From the NCBI RefSeq assembly GCF_009914755.1, contig NC_060931.1: DNA of 64,000 bases. One strand, 5' to 3'. How positions within the stretch are numbered: the stretch's first letter is position 1; each line of letters starts with the position of its first letter. The notes below the pieces were generated by a model that was not told the origin of the DNA, did not search any database, and was given only the letters and a program-made list of their open reading frames with translations. This DNA is from the human T2T-CHM13v2.0 reference genome, Homo sapiens. The translations under genes and the position numbers were made by a program. This document shows positions 24,787-40,340 of the stretch, piece by piece.

Positions 24787-26808
24787 TCAGACAAGTACAC
24801 AAGATCTGCAGCTTTCTATCTATAATTTTACCATCCCAAATCAAATTTGTTTAAATGAGAAGGTAGGATTATTGCCAAGCATCTTGAAAACTTCTAAGAG
24901 AAAGATGAACACTGAGATGAGACACACATGTGTGTGCACACATACACGCAGACCTAAAACAAGATTCTGCAAAAACGGAAATAAAAGGCATCAGTTCAAT
25001 AATAACTATTTATTGCAATAACAAACTTTATATAAAAAGAGAATGGGTGACTACATGCTTTATAGGACTTTTATTGGCTCTTAGTTCCGTATGTTCCTGT
25101 GCATGGAGCAATTCCTTTAATCTTAGCTCACACTGCACGCTTTCATATGTCTCCAGATCTTATTACAAGAGGAAAGAAAATCAATTGGTTAAATGTGTTT
25201 TGAACACCATGCTTGTCATATCACTCATTTGTTTGTAAAGATGGAAAGCTTGGTTCATCCAGAATGCCACCTAAAGAATTTCCATCAGTGCCGTCTGGTT
25301 ACAGAAGCTGATGGATTAACCTCTCCCCGCTGAAATCAGTGATCAATGGGCTTCGATGGAGGAATATTCCAGTGGGAGAGCACTGCTCCCTCTTCTAGCT
25401 AAACAGCATTTAATGTCTATTAAAGCCCATTATGCATGCTAATGACTGTCACCACTTTATTATGCCACACTATTTCCCAGGCTACAGTAAGTCCTGAGGA
25501 AGCAGTGATAATACCTAAAGATTTCTCGACTAGCAGGCAATGCCAAATCATTCTTTGTGCCAGTGTGGTTCTGGAATCAAATCCTCTTAAAAGAATGGAG
25601 TGTTCTTAAGGAATTTGCCAATGGCTTAAAAATGCATGAAAAACTAATAATTGCATTCATGGAAATTTCTTTTTAAAAAAATAATCAGTGAAAAAAATAT
25701 TTATATATATATATGTATGTATTTCTCCCTGTCCTGCTGTGTAATACCCAGAAAGAATCAGGGTTTCTTGTAATGTCAAAGTTAGAACTCATGCAAATTT
25801 CCAATCTGGTGGGTTAATTACTATGGCTATTAAGCGCATTAAAGGAGAATAAAATAATTACAATAGCAAAATTCAAACCATTTCAACAACTTTAAGTAAT
25901 AATTCCAAAGATATACTCTGTTCATTAATGTGACTCTACATTTTGCCTATTTGACTACAATCCATAACAGGCAGCTTCAATGGGATTACATTACTATCAT
26001 TCCTGCAGAGAACCTTACATTACAATAGCTTGCCCATTTAAGACTGAATATCATTAAGAATACCCTAGGAGAATTTCACCAGGCTTTGAGAAACTCTCCT
26101 TTCATTCTACATTGTATTTCCTTAATAAAGGAAAGCAGAAACGTGGTGAAAACAGTCATTGTTCACAGTAAGTTAGGGAGAAATCAGTAATAATATTCCG
26201 TTTCTGCAGCGTTATAGTTACTGCCAGTGTTTCCAAAAGCAAGCATGAATGATTATGGCAAGACTTAGCTAAGGTAGCTGTGTGGATGATTGATAGGGCA
26301 TTAATCAAAAGATGCATATCTGCCTCAGAATTTGTTCACAAGCTTTCTTCTAATAGCTGATTTCATGTTCACTGAGCTCTATGCCAGTTTGTCCAATTTA
26401 TTTTTCAGTGTACAAGCCATTCATCAAAAAACACAATGATTTAACAGCCCCCCTTCCTTTGGGTGAATGAGTATTACTAAGTGTAACTACGTTATTCTAT
26501 TCATTAAATAAACAAAAACCAAAATAACCCACTTCACATATAATTACCATGGCACACCGACTTTGCATGTATCTCCAAACACCTTTCCAGGGTTCTAGGA
26601 GCCTAGACTATCTGGCAGAGTTGAAAGAGGGTCCCTGAAGGTCATTTATACTTCTAATTCTGGGAGACACGACATTTGGGGGCTTAAAAAATCAGTACTT
26701 AATTAAAAATAGAGACCATTCAGAAAACATGCCCTTGATTTTATACAAAAGCAACTCAAAAGCATTCACAGACGGATAAGGGAAGTGCATTTTAAAAAAG
26801 ATGTAGGA

Positions 26809-27097
26809 GGCCGGGCGCGGTGGCTCACGCCTGTAATCCCAGCACTTTGGGAGGTTGAGGCGGGTGGGTCACCTGAGGTCAGGAGTTCGAGACAAGCCTG
26901 ACCAACATGGCGAAACCTCGTTTCTACTAAAAATACAAAAATTAGCCAGGCGTGATGGCATGCACCTGTAATCCCAGCTGCTCGAGAGTCTGAGGCAGGA
27001 GAATCACTTGAACTGGAGAGGCGGAGGTTGCGGTGAGCCAAGATCGCGCCACTGCACTCCAGCCTGGGTGACAGAGCAAGACTCCGTCTCAAAAATA

Positions 27098-27131
<34 letters not shown>

Positions 27132-27142
27132 AATAAAGAAAT
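26809..27142 (+). mobile_element. Full-length AluS with (AAT)n tail
   Basis: ggccgggcgcggtggctcacgcc... dimer; TSD aaaaagatgtagga on both sides. Confidence 0.96.
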
Positions 27143-27969
27143 AAAAAGATGTAGGAGATATCCTTACAAAAGATAAGACTCAGCATTCCCACCGCAGTTT
27201 CCTAGGTCTACGATCCTCCTTGTCCTCGGGGAGCAGGGGTAGGGGTTCTGAAAGCTCTTCACATACTTTGGCCATATCCCCATTCAGGGCCTCCACCTTT
27301 TTGCTGGTAAAACCAGGTGACGGGAATAAATGTTCTCTAAAATCCACATCAACAATTAGACTGCAAGGGCTATGAGGGAACACACAGTGGACGGTGATCC
27401 TGAGCCTTCAGTGCTTATTCATAAGAAGCCAGCAACAGAAACATTCTCCTCCTCCTCGTGCACAGACCTGGGCCAGGGCAGGGTATGGGACAGCTTGTCT
27501 GGACCCAGAAGGGCTGGCCCTCGACCTTCTGCTGCTGCTCCTGCCAGGGACTGTGCGCAGGAAGGCTGCTCCACTCCAGATGACAAAGCCAATTTAGAAT
27601 TTGATGACAAAAGTAGAAAGTTCTCAGCTCTGACACAGTATCACTTAACAGATTTGGGAGTCAAGGCTCCTCTGCTCTCAGAACACTGCCATCAGAGTGC
27701 TGGGGCAGAGGACGGGCGATGACTGGGCACAGCAAACGGATGTCAAGAGTCGCAGACAAAATGCCCATGAGAAAGGATGCCTCCCACGCATACCCTCAAC
27801 TCTCTTGGGCAAGATCAAGGTATGAAAAGATTCTCCTGAGGTTTTCCCACTAGGGGGATAAGAAAACCTGAGCCACCACAGCCTCCTCCTTTAAATCAAG
27901 GTGGGGAGGGCCGTGGAGGAGGGGAGTCCTGCATCCTTTTGCCTCCTGTCACAGCATGAGTCCCTCTGC

Positions 27970-28295
27970 ATCTTCAGCACTCACAGTGTCCCCTGCCTGG
28001 AACCCTTGGCTTCCAGAGCTCACAATGGCCACTTCCTTTTTTACATTCACGTTCCAGCTTAAATGTCACCTCCTCAGAGGGGCCTTCTTAGACTCATGCC
28101 CCATCAAAACGAGGCCCCTCTGCACCTCCTTGCCCCATCGTTTTCTACTGCGTGACAATTCTATTCTCATGGCAGCACGCAGTACTCTCTAAAACTCTTT
28201 CTGTCTCTCTGTCTAGGAGGCAAGGTCCAGCTGGGCCGGGCAGTGTGCCTGGCAGAGCAGACACGCAGTACTGAGTCAATGAGTGACTGAATCCA
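27970..28295 (+). mobile_element. L2 fragments
   Basis: 'cagcttaaatgtcacctcctcagagggg' and a 3' end 'cagtgtgcctggcagagcagacacgcagta'. Confidence 0.65.
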
Positions 28296-28303
28296 TTCTT
28301 CAG

Positions 28304-28742
28304 TGTCTATTAGTTCCCTGTTGCTGCTGCAACAAACAGCCCAAACTGAGTGGCTTAAAAAAACAGACACTGTTTATTACCTTACAGTTCTGGAAGTCAG
28401 AAGTCTGCAATAGGCCGGCGGGGCTGCATTATTCCAGACGGTCTAGGCTCCCTGCCTGTTCCATTACCTGGAGGCTGCCCACATTCCTTGGCTCAGGGGT
28501 CCACATCACTCAGGCCTCCTCCTCCTCCTCCTCTGACCCTAACTTGCCTCTCCTGCTTCCCTCTCACAGGGGACCCTGTGATTACATCACTGCCACCCGG
28601 ATAATCGAGGATCATCTTCTCATCTCAAGATCCTTAGCTTAATCACACCTGCAAAAGTCGTTCTGGCATGGAAGGTAACCTATTCACAGGTCCTGGGGAT
28701 TAGGATGTGGACATCTTTGGGGCCGTTATCCTGCCTACCACA
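28304..28742 (-). mobile_element. MLT1 (MLT1D-like) ERVL-MaLR solo LTR
   Basis: Minus strand begins tgtggtaggcaggataacggccccaaagatgtccacatcctaatcccc and ends ...gcagcaacagggaactaatagaca. Confidence 0.88.
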
Positions 28743-29000
28743 CTCAAAAGAGTCACCTCAAAGAAAACTATGTTTTCCTCTGAAAACTACAATTTGACAA
28801 CATGTCTGTAAAGCAGTATTACACAAACGAAGCTAGTGTCTACATCCATTTCTTTCTGCAGCACTTCAATGGCACAGGACAGACTTTGCTGATTAAAGAT
28901 ATCAGAATTAAAAACAGAAGGTAAATTCTATTTTTAGGGGCCCTGAATAAGAACCTTCCTAAATAGTTCATGTATTCATTCCACAATTTCCTACAAATAG

Positions 29001-29345
<345 letters not shown>

Positions 29346-32300
29346 ATAGTTGAAATTGTTAATAATCTCTTATACCTTCTCTAGAGCAGGACATAATCTA
29401 CAGTCTAAACCTTGGTACCTGTGCTTCCCATCCTCATAGCCTCCATGTTTCTGTTCACCCCACTCTTTCCAATGAGTCACCAGAAATTAATTTTACATTC
29501 TGATTCTGAATTCTCTGCATTCAACAATTAATCTGTTATTATTTCTAAAATTACTTTTATAGCTTTTGTTTCTAAATAACTATATGAAAGATGGGGTAAT
29601 TTAAGACAATAACAACAAACATTTATAAAAATGTGACCTGTAACTGTTAATCTATATTTAGTCAATAAGATCAGTAGAAAGAAAGTGTTAGATGGCCCAG
29701 ATCTTCCCAAGCAACGTGCTAACACAGTCAGAGGCCTCCTGAGGTGAGTAAGTGTAATGGAGAGAAAGAGAAAGAAGTACCAAGGTCATCAAACTCTTAG
29801 GAATACAGCCCAGGCCTGTTTCTCTGTGCATTCCTAATGTCCACCCCAGATACAGGTGGCAGCAGGATGTGGAGGAGCTTCCAGAGACCAGTGTTCCTCA
29901 CAATACACTTTGAGAAACATTCTTCTAGGGCAACAATTATAAAGCCAGAATAAATTAATTTAAAAGTTAATTTGCCCTTTATTTTACTGAAGAGCAGACA
30001 AGGAGAAAAATGTGGTTGTTAGATAGCTTACTAACCAGAGCAGGTGTATGGTCACTGGATTGTTAGTTTGAAAGGGCATTCCACTGGATGCAGGGTCTAA
30101 ATAAGGATAATTTCTCAGTCAGTTTCATCTCCATATTCAGCTCTGAGCTCAGTTAAAAGTGATTAACAAACCGTTGTCTGACTGGGAACCATTTTTTCTA
30201 TTTTACGAAGACTTCAAAATAAAATTATCAAAGTCTGAATCTTTAAGAAAGTTCTGATGTAGATATACATCAGAAATCAGACATATAAAGTTTTGTCAAT
30301 ACTCTTAAAAAGTGTGATCAAAGTTTGCAAACTGGTTCTTGTTTCTTAGCATTACAGTAAACAGCACAGTAACACCTCACTTACATGGAAGTCTCCCTTC
30401 TGGGAATCTCAAAAACTATACCCAATAGGGCTAAACAGAGTACAGGTAAAAGGAAAACTGCTAAGCAACCAAAATAAATGTCCTAAAGTCTACACACTGC
30501 ATCTCATTCATTAATTCAGCAAGTTTTAACTGAGTACTTTATACAAATCCCATTTATATTGCCAAAGAAAAAAAAAATTATTTGTAACCAGAAAGTTACA
30601 TATAATTTATAATTAATACATTAAACCTGGAAATACATAATCATGTTTGGCTTTCACAATAAATATTTATTTTTTTCACACCAAGGAAGTGATGTAAGTC
30701 AACATTTGTACAGAAACCCTTGTGATCCATTCTGCTAATACAATTTATATTTATTCCCAAAATAATATATAAAATGGAAACACAGAGTTCATATTGTAGA
30801 AAATCAATCATTAAACATTTATTTACCCTACTATACATATAGGCACTTCAAAGTCATTAATATTCAAATCAAATGGATAAAACCCAATTAAAACAGTATA
30901 TGAGAAAAGCCTATGTTTTTTAAATGCTTCAGGAATTCTATATAAGGCAGGAGGGTCAGAGCGCTGGGGATATACTGGATTCCTTAACAATGGTACTATA
31001 AATAAAGCAGCATAATATGGCTTGCTGTAGCCCTTTAAATTGGAATGGTAAGTAAGAGCTGATTACAATATTCAAGAAATTTGTTTTTATATAAAAATAA
31101 AGAAAACAATAGAGGAAAGTACGAAAAATGTCAAGAGGCCGTATCATCCAGCCACCACACACTTAAAGGTAAAAGCTACTATTTTATTGTTTGATGATTT
31201 CAATCCACAGGACATTCTTAACCCTTCCCTAACATAACAGCTTTTCCTAGAGTTGCCATGGAATATCTCACTCCCATGTAATCACAGTGCCAGGGTTTCT
31301 GCACCAGCACACGATATATGTGGGGAAAGGGCACAGGAGGATGTAGGAAGCTGAGCAGAAAGGAAGGCTCTTCAGTTTCCAGGTTCATCTCTGAAATCTC
31401 TCAATGACCCAGCGCGGTGTGCACAGAGCTGGGCAGGTAGGTGATGCATTAGAGAACTAAGCCACAGGCAAGCCCTGGCGTGAGTGGTAATCACACTCCA
31501 TCACAAAGGCGCCAGCTCTCAGTCCAATGTGAAGAGTAATGAATATGTGGCACTTCTGGATTCTTGGGAAATGTCTTGTAAATGTAAAATCAACTCTGTC
31601 TACCCGCCACCTATAAAACACTTCTTCCAATTGCTTTGGTTGTTAAATTTCATTCAGGTTTGAATTTTTTCAACATCCTTAAAAGAAACTCATGTGATAG
31701 TATCAGGATGTATTCCTTTAGGTCAGGGCACTGGAATTAAGAAACTTCATGCTACAACAAACCTAGTTTACTACAGGCCGAAGAAGAATCCAATGAGTAT
31801 CCCACCTCTCCTAATTCTTTTGCTCATGAAATCAAGATTGGAAGTAAAGTCAGGCAACAGGAACCACTGAGATGACATGGTACCAGAATGTGAGAAACTG
31901 ACTTCAAGAAAAGAGAGGGGAGAGAGACACATTCAAAGCCAAGCCAAACTTCCTGGCTACTTTGTGACTGTTGCACTAAGAGGTCATCCTCACTCTGGTT
32001 ACAGCTGTGGAATTCACTGCACAACAGCTGCCATCCAAAGAACCATTTTTTTTTTCCAGTTTTGCAGAGAATGGGCCAACAGCTATCATTACTTGTATAT
32101 GTGTAGGGACACACATGCACACATGTGCTTCTATTTGAGAGGGAAAAAAATAAAGCTTCCACTTCCATCTATAAAAGTTTCCAGGGCAAGTTTATTGGAA
32201 ACCCAGCCCAGCCTCAGAAGTAGAGTACACAAAGACCCACATGCTCTTAAGTATCTCAACATTTACATTTAGGCATATGCTCTCTGAATAATGCTTTGGA

Positions 32301-32599
32301 GAAAAATACATTAGGTTTTACATTATGAAACTGATCTAAAAAGCTAAAAAGCTACTTGCCATTAAGCAGCCAAATAGATATGACCTCAATGAACGTGAAT
32401 GGCAATAACACACTCTTACATGAGATCTGGCTCATCAGGTATGTTAGATGTGGTTAGAAAAATCATGTTAATATATGCATAATCCGTTTCTTCAAAATAT
32501 CATCAGGTATTATTATTTCTATTATAAATAGCATTTCCCGCCAATGCTTTTCACCATGCCTCTCATTTGAGGATTTCTAAGAGAGAAAGAAGTGTGTCT

Positions 32600-33335
32600 G
32601 GTGAACACTCAGAGTTCGACCCACCAGGTTGAATTTGTGGTTCTGCCATGTGAGTAACTGAGTGCCTTTGATTCAGTCTGCTAACCTCTCTTAACATCAG
32701 TTTCCTTATCTGTAAAATTAAACAGCCTTGTGGGGGGCCTCCAGGGAAGGCCCTTAGATTTCTGCTCTTCCAGATCTAAGGCCCCAGATCTTAGGCCCTT
32801 CCTATTGTCCTTAGATATGTGGTCCAAGATGCTGTGGTATAACTTGGACCCTGCCTGTGTCGCCAACCTTGTGCTTTGGCTAACCTGCCCCGTGTTTAAC
32901 TGTCATCTGCTGACAGTTCCCCCAATGCCTTACTCCTCCCACCTCAGGGCCTTCACCTGCTTGGCCTCCTTCTTAGAAACTTGTAGAAAGCTTTCCAGGG
33001 TATCTTGTCATCATCCTATAAGTCAATGGCCAATCCGCTGAATTAGGCCCGTGGTGCTATTCTTTCTTAACATCTGGGTCATTTCCTTTACAGCACTGAC
33101 CAGAACCCTTACCAGCTCCTTTGCTCCTTTGTTCATTCATTTGTTCCCTCACTAGCTCTTTTGCTCATTCATTCGTTTATTAATATGCTTAGAGGCTTTT
33201 CCCTTCTGTAAGTTCCATGAAGGTGGGGGTCGTGTCTCTCTCAGGCATTTGTGTAGCCCCCATTCCCCCAGTACAGCGACTAGCACAGAGTTAAGCTCAG
33301 CTAAATATTTGGGGAATTAATAACTGATTAAATGA
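32600..33335 (+). mobile_element. MIR fragment (~32600-32740) followed by L2 3' region (~32800-33335)
   Basis: 'catcagtttccttatctgtaaaat' (MIR); 'cacctcagggccttcacctgc', 'tgtaagttccatgaaggtgggggtcgtgtct', 'ctcagctaaatatttg' (L2). Confidence 0.65.
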
Positions 33336-35186
33336 AATACTATATAAAACTAACTACCACTTCAGGTAATATTAATTACTTTTAAGGAAGTAAATGAGAG
33401 CTATCTTTTTAAGGTAGTATTAACTACTTTACTGAAAATCGGGGAAGGGAATGTCATCTCCAAATTTTTAGAAGACAGAATGAGAATTTTAAAGACGTCG
33501 GTAATTTGGCACTGTATTTATCTGTTTGTCAGTATGTTTCTCAATTCATTTGTGTGTTATTTCTCTGACATAAGCAAGGTGTTTACTAAGCACAGAGCCA
33601 AGGAGCTATGGAGGCCGAGCTGACTTCCACCCTGCCTCAGGCAGCATCAGTGGACCTGCCAGATGCACCCTTACTCCAGGGTCCTAGTGTCAGACAGGGC
33701 TGATGATCCACGAAACAGAAAGCACAACTTGCCCTCTCATCATCAGGCTGAGCTCATCAGTGTTGGCAACAGAAAAACATTGCACTGTTTTGTGACGCTG
33801 GAGATCTTGGCACTCAGAGGGGTGATGTGCAAAATGGGAATGTCATTTTCACTGAGATCTCTTTCCTGGTCACACCAGAATTAAAACCACTAAGAATATA
33901 AAACCACTTTCATTGTAGCCATTAAATAGAAAGTGAGAAAGTGATACCCAGTGGGTTAGAAATGCGTAGAGTACTCATTTCTTCATCCCATTTACATTTG
34001 CCGGAAGACTACAGAAGAAGGGGGTCATTTTAAACACCTTCTCTTCCAGTGGTGGCCCAATTTCCTAGAGAGAAGGGTTTTAGCAAAGGTACACTATTTT
34101 AACCTACTGTGATTCACTGGCTATTTACAACGTTAGCCTTAACTATGTAGAGTGGGGGTTACTGGCTGTATTTGATAAATATAAATTATCTAGTCTTAGA
34201 TGGGGAGTCTTCCAGGTGATGGAGAAGCCACAACTTCTTGAAACATGCAATATTTTATAACATACTTTCCAATGTGCATGGAGTTATTTTTGAAAGCTAT
34301 TTAATTATGAGATTTTAAAAGACTTGTCAGGTACGTCTAGACAATGCATTTTAAAAAATCTGACATAATCAAGTACTGTTATAATATGTCAATGGGCTTT
34401 TGTGAATAAATATTAGTTTTATATGGTATTTTTATAGTAGTCTGGATTATTAAGTAAATATATAAACAAAAGAACCACACACAAACTTAAAATAGACATT
34501 TGCTTTTTTAATCCTTTATTTTCTATTCACCCCTCTGGCTCTGTATCTATCAATCTCTGGCCATGTAATAATATAACACTCATACAGATTGCAACTTTCA
34601 GAAAGCCAGAATTATTCATCCACCATGTAGAAACTTACTTTAATAAGGGGATGATGAGAATTCTAATTACTCATGAGAGAGCTCCTTAATTTATTTACTC
34701 AAGAAATATTTACTGAATGGCATCAATATGAGAGAATGCAGGTGTCACAGGGGTTGAAACAAGAGGTACACAGTGATTGGCTTTTTGGTGCTTGTGTTCT
34801 ATTGGAGAGAAATGGATAGCAGACTACTAAAGGAGAAAGAAAATATGGAAACGTCAAATAGTGGTAAATGCTATTACAGGCGTCTTTAACCACATTTGCA
34901 CTAGGGCATAGATGTGAAGGAGACAGCTATGGCATTTCTTAGAAACTGAATGAGTATCTTTAAACATTTAATGACATGTTTAGAAATGTAAACATCATTA
35001 CTGATGCACTGCCAATACCAACAGCAAATTAGGTATTAGAAAACATGTAAGTGTGAAAGTCAAGTGTGTTTAGAGTAAATTAACAAGCAGGAAACTGGAG
35101 TGCTAGTGCTGATGCCCACCAGGCACGGAACTTTGCTAACTTCATCTTGCAAAGACCCACTGGGCTTATGTGTAAAACAAGAATAA

Positions 35187-35491
35187 GGCCAGGTGTGGTG
35201 GCTCACACCTGTAATCTTAACACTTTGGGATGCCAAGGCGGGTGGGTTGCCTGAGTTCAGGAGTTCGAGACCAGGCTGGCCAACATGGTGAAACCCAGTC
35301 TCTACTAAAAATACAAAAATTAGCTGGGCACAGTGGTGGGCCACTATAATCCCAGCTATCGGGAGGCTGAGGCAGAAGAATCGCTTGAACCTGGCAGGCA
35401 GAGGTTACAGTGAGCCGAGATCGTGCCACTTCACTCCAGCCTGGGCAAAAGAGTGAAACTCTGTCTCAAAAAAAAATAATAATAATAATAA
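35187..35491 (+). mobile_element. Full-length AluS
   Basis: ggccaggtgtggtggctcacacctgtaatc... dimer with A/(AAT) tail. Confidence 0.95.
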
Positions 35492-38351
35492 CACCACTTG
35501 CTTTGCCAAATAGCTGTGACGTGAGAACGGTGAGTGAGCATGAGCCGTGCACCTGCCCTGTTAGTCAGCATGTCGCAGAGGCTAAACGCACCTGAAGTCG
35601 ACTTTCTCTCCTGTACCTTTCGCTGTTGAGAAAGTTAGTTACCTTTTCTAGATGTCTCCTTGCTTCTTTCCTTTCCCAGATCCTCTGGTGCTACCACTAA
35701 CTGATTATTCCTGAAGTCAGTTTTTAGATCTCAGAAAATGAAACTTACAGCAGGAGTAAGCAAGGCACTAGCACTCCTCCAGCTAAAGAACTGGCAAGTG
35801 GTGCCAATGATAACAATTATTATCATCATTATATGGGAAGCTGATCTCATCTTGGGTTATCTGCATTACCTGCTCTGTGTAAGAATAGACATATAGTCCT
35901 AAAATACAGCAAATGTGTACTAAAGAAGGAGAGATTGCACTGAGAGAGAAAAGATGCAATCGAAAGTCTCAAAGGCAAGAAAGAAAATGAGGACACAATG
36001 GGCCCAGGCACCCAACTGTCACAGCCTCCAAGGACCTGACTGGTCTTTAAGTGAATCTCTTCTTCCATCTCTAATGATATAAAGAGTTGTGGTATAGCTC
36101 CTTGGAGACGAAATGGGCAATGATGATTTCAAGTCAGCAGATTGACAGTCTGTTAAGTACTGTCACTAGCTTACCTGGGTGAAGATGAGGAGACCAGGAG
36201 ACCGTAAGGACTAAGGAGGCTGGGGTAGGAATAAATAAAGATAGCATCATGACCATTTCTATACCATATTCTAATCTATGTCCTTTAGATGCTGTAAAAA
36301 GTCAAGAGACCTGGGCAGAGAGCAAGAGGAAAGAAAAAGTAAAGAGAAACAAGAGAAGTGAATGTTCATGAAGTGATTTTGTGTGTTATCTTTCTGACTA
36401 TCACTGTGTGCCACATTTCTGCTACTTGGATGCTATGACTTTAGTCATGCCATGTAATAATTGCACAATTGCAGTAAAGTCGCCTCCAGTCCATGTCAGT
36501 CTATGACCCAGGAATATTCGCCAGGAGTGCAGGAGCAGCCAGGCCAGGGTTCTGAGACTGGCATGCTTCCTCGGGGCCAGACTGGGATGGAGAGCAGTGT
36601 AGCATAGACAGCCATCACAGGATGGCTCCTCTCCTGGATGAACCATCCCAGCTCAGCTCCCCCTGAAACTTCACCCCAGGTAGGAATCTCATCCTGCCAT
36701 TGCAGATCCACACCAGCTTTAGTAAAATGTGCATTCTTCCTGTATAGAGGGTGTCTTATCTGTAGTTTACAGATGTGAAGACTAAACTTCAAAGAGCTGA
36801 GAGGTAAGTTAGGTTTGTATAGCTGGTTGGTGGCAAAGCTGGAATCTGACCATAGACATATCCAACTCTAAAGCCTATATTTGTAACTACAGTGGTTAAT
36901 CTGGAAAGTGCCCCAGGACCCCTCCCTGTGCACTGACTGCTATCACAGTTGCTTGCAGCTATCCACGTTTCCACACTTCAGTGACCATATGAAAAGAACA
37001 AAGAAAAGCAGCGGAAAATGACATCATATTAAAATTAGGATTTACCACATTTAAATATTAACTTGCCTACTGAAGAACATTGCTGATAATTGAACAAGAA
37101 TTAAAACTGTAATGGAGAACATTAGGGAAAGACAACAGTATTCATTATTTTTACTAAATGTGGGTATCTTGCTACTGCAAACACTTTTTTTTCTGAACTG
37201 ATGAAGTTTCCCTAATTGTAATCTACCATGGAAGACCTATCAATGAACAACTAACGCTACCGCTCATTCATAGAAACAAACAAAACCTCACTTATTAAAA
37301 CAAAGGCTAGTGAAAACATCCGTTAGTATGTACTTTTCAAGCAAGGAATTATTCACAATTAACAAAACTACAATTCAAAAAGATTGCTAGTAACTGAATT
37401 CTTAAATTATTGGCAAAAAATTTAGGGGAAATGAGAGTTTAAAGTTTATAACCAGGATTGCTAAATTAATTAATTAGAGTACTATCTAATTCTATGTCTC
37501 AACCATTTGTGAGCTGGCTTAGTTCAAACAATAAATGATCAGGTAATTCACCTAAAATTCATATGTTGGCTTACTTTTATTCCCTACTTACTGACATCAG
37601 TCCAAGTTGATCATTAGCAGTAAGAAATATTTTATGTTAATCATGTTTACAAAAGTCTGTGCTTGTACCTTCACATGCAAAAACAGACATGAGGTGCTTC
37701 ATGGAAGGAAGTGTCAAAACACTTTCTGTCAAGCAAGGAACTATCCACGGTTAACAAAGGTGTATGGTCAAAATAGGGATCTTTCAGATTAAGCTAAAAA
37801 TACTTAATGGAAAAACAAAGAAATATTCTTTTGCCAGATTTCCTCTGATATCTATGCTTTCCAATGTCATCTGCACTTATTTTCCATCAGACGAAAAGTC
37901 CTGCTGTTTCTCTCTCCCTCCCATGGACTCCTTTCTCTTCAGAGTTGTAGGACAAGACTTCTGCCATGACTGGTCTTTTTATTTTTGTTCATGTTCTGTA
38001 CATGTGTCATACAACCAGGTATGAAGTCAGTTTTCCTCTAGAGAACATTATTACAAGGAAAAGGCTGGATAAAAAGATTTGCCCTACTTACTGTCTCTAC
38101 GAAGTGGATTTCATCATAACTCAATAACTGCTATTTCTATATAGGGGCTATTGACTAATGTCTGCAAACACAAAATAATCTGGGGCCCAATAACTGGTTT
38201 TGCAATTCATTGTGATATTTGACCTGCCTCTTGGTATAGGCACAGCATCATGCACTTTTATTCTTCCTCATAGGCAGTTGGTACTGAAAATGCATCACTA
38301 CAGGTGCAAACAAGTGCTGACATTACATTTAAAAAACACATAATGGATTCA

Positions 38352-38708
<357 letters not shown>

Positions 38709-39129
38709 CTACTAGCTACAGTTGAGGAAACTAGGGAGAAATATTTGTCTTCCAGGGGCTTACCTCGGGGGAGCTCTGTTTATTAATGTGCAGGGAAAAT
38801 GATAAATTGCTAAACAAAAGGGAGAGATTTTTATGTGTTATCCCTTTCATTTCTGGTGATTTATGAATCTGACGGCTGCTTAGATATTCCCATCATTAAT
38901 TCACCACAAGCGACAAAGACAGTGGTTCCCACAATGGCAACATACCACCCTCCCCACCCCAACACACACCATTTTAAGTCATGAGCCAAAGGAAGGAAAT
39001 GAATTAAAGTATCCTAAGATTAAAAATTCAGCTCAGTTATGCCCTCAGTGCCCAGTGATTTCTAGAGTTACCTGCTCTATGGTATACTTAAAGCATTACT
39101 AAAACAACTTCTACATAATTACCCTGAAT

Positions 39130-39337
39130 CAGTGCTTCTCAACTGAGAGCAATTTTGCCCCCCAAGGGACACCTGACAACATCTGAAGACATTCTGGTTT
39201 TCGGGACTCAGCAGATGCTACTGGAATCTAGAGGGTAGAGTCTAAGAATGCTGCAGAACACCCTATAATGTTCAGGGTCACCCTCCCCACAATAAAGAAT
39301 TATCTGGCCCAAATGTCACCGAGGTTGAGGACCTCTG
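39130..39337 (+). mobile_element. Near full-length MER20
   Basis: Begins cagtgcttctcaactg, ends gaggttgaggacctctg (TIR-like ends); internal 'aattttgcccccc', 'aagaattatctggcccaaatgtc'. Confidence 0.88.
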
Positions 39338-40340
39338 CCTTACATTCCCCATATAAGAGGATAAATCCCAAGAAACATTTAAAAGGTGGGGATGTTGCTT
39401 GTTTACAGATTTTCCAAGGCAGAGGAGAAACCCTTACGAGCATGATAACGAGGTACAATGAACCTATAGGGCATTTTAGCTCTTCTCTGGACCTTGTTTC
39501 TCTAGTCAGACCCAATAAGGGGTAATAAATTTATTAGAATTTTTAACCTTCAAGAAGATTCCACTGATGGAGTCTTAACCTGGAGTCCAAATCCGGAGGT
39601 GAGTAACTCAAACTTAAATGCATGCCAACTTAATACAATGGTTTCTTCCTGAAGAGTTCAAAATTAAATGCCAATTTGCATTCAAATTTGGTAGATATTA
39701 GAGATGTGAGCTTCAAGACACAGAGATGAATGTGGCCCACAGGTCCATTCTGCCTTTTTGAAGGTCATATTTACATTACAGAGTCATCAAACTAAAGTTT
39801 AATGAACGAATGAGAACATAATCTCACCACGTAGGAGGCAAACAAAACATGATTAGTTTTAAGTAAAATGAAGAGTTTCTAACACCTCATAGAATGAGTA
39901 TACCAGTTTATAGGAAAATGGCAATTTTGCGGTACCCAGAACAACTGAAGTAGCAGGTAATCTTTCTTTATTTAAAAAAAAATGTCCAGGCTCTTGGTCT
40001 CCAGAAAATTCTTTGGGAATATTTTATTCAATAAAGATGGTTCTTGATACAAGATAACAATCCAACATGCTTAGAGATCATTTAATTAAATGGGATAGAT
40101 AAATATGAATGACTTCATTGTCAATACTATAGAAATAATGAAAAAAAATCCACAAACTGAAATTTACTAAGTTAGTGCCATCCACGTATAAAACTTAAAA
40201 ACCAACTTGAATGATAAATGTGGTACCTACTCAAATTTTTCTTTCAGGCACAACTAAAACGAGTTCCTTCATTTAGAATAGTTTCATTACCAGCCTGATT
40301 TAGAGCATGTTAGCACAAAATAGCAATCCCAACGATTTCC

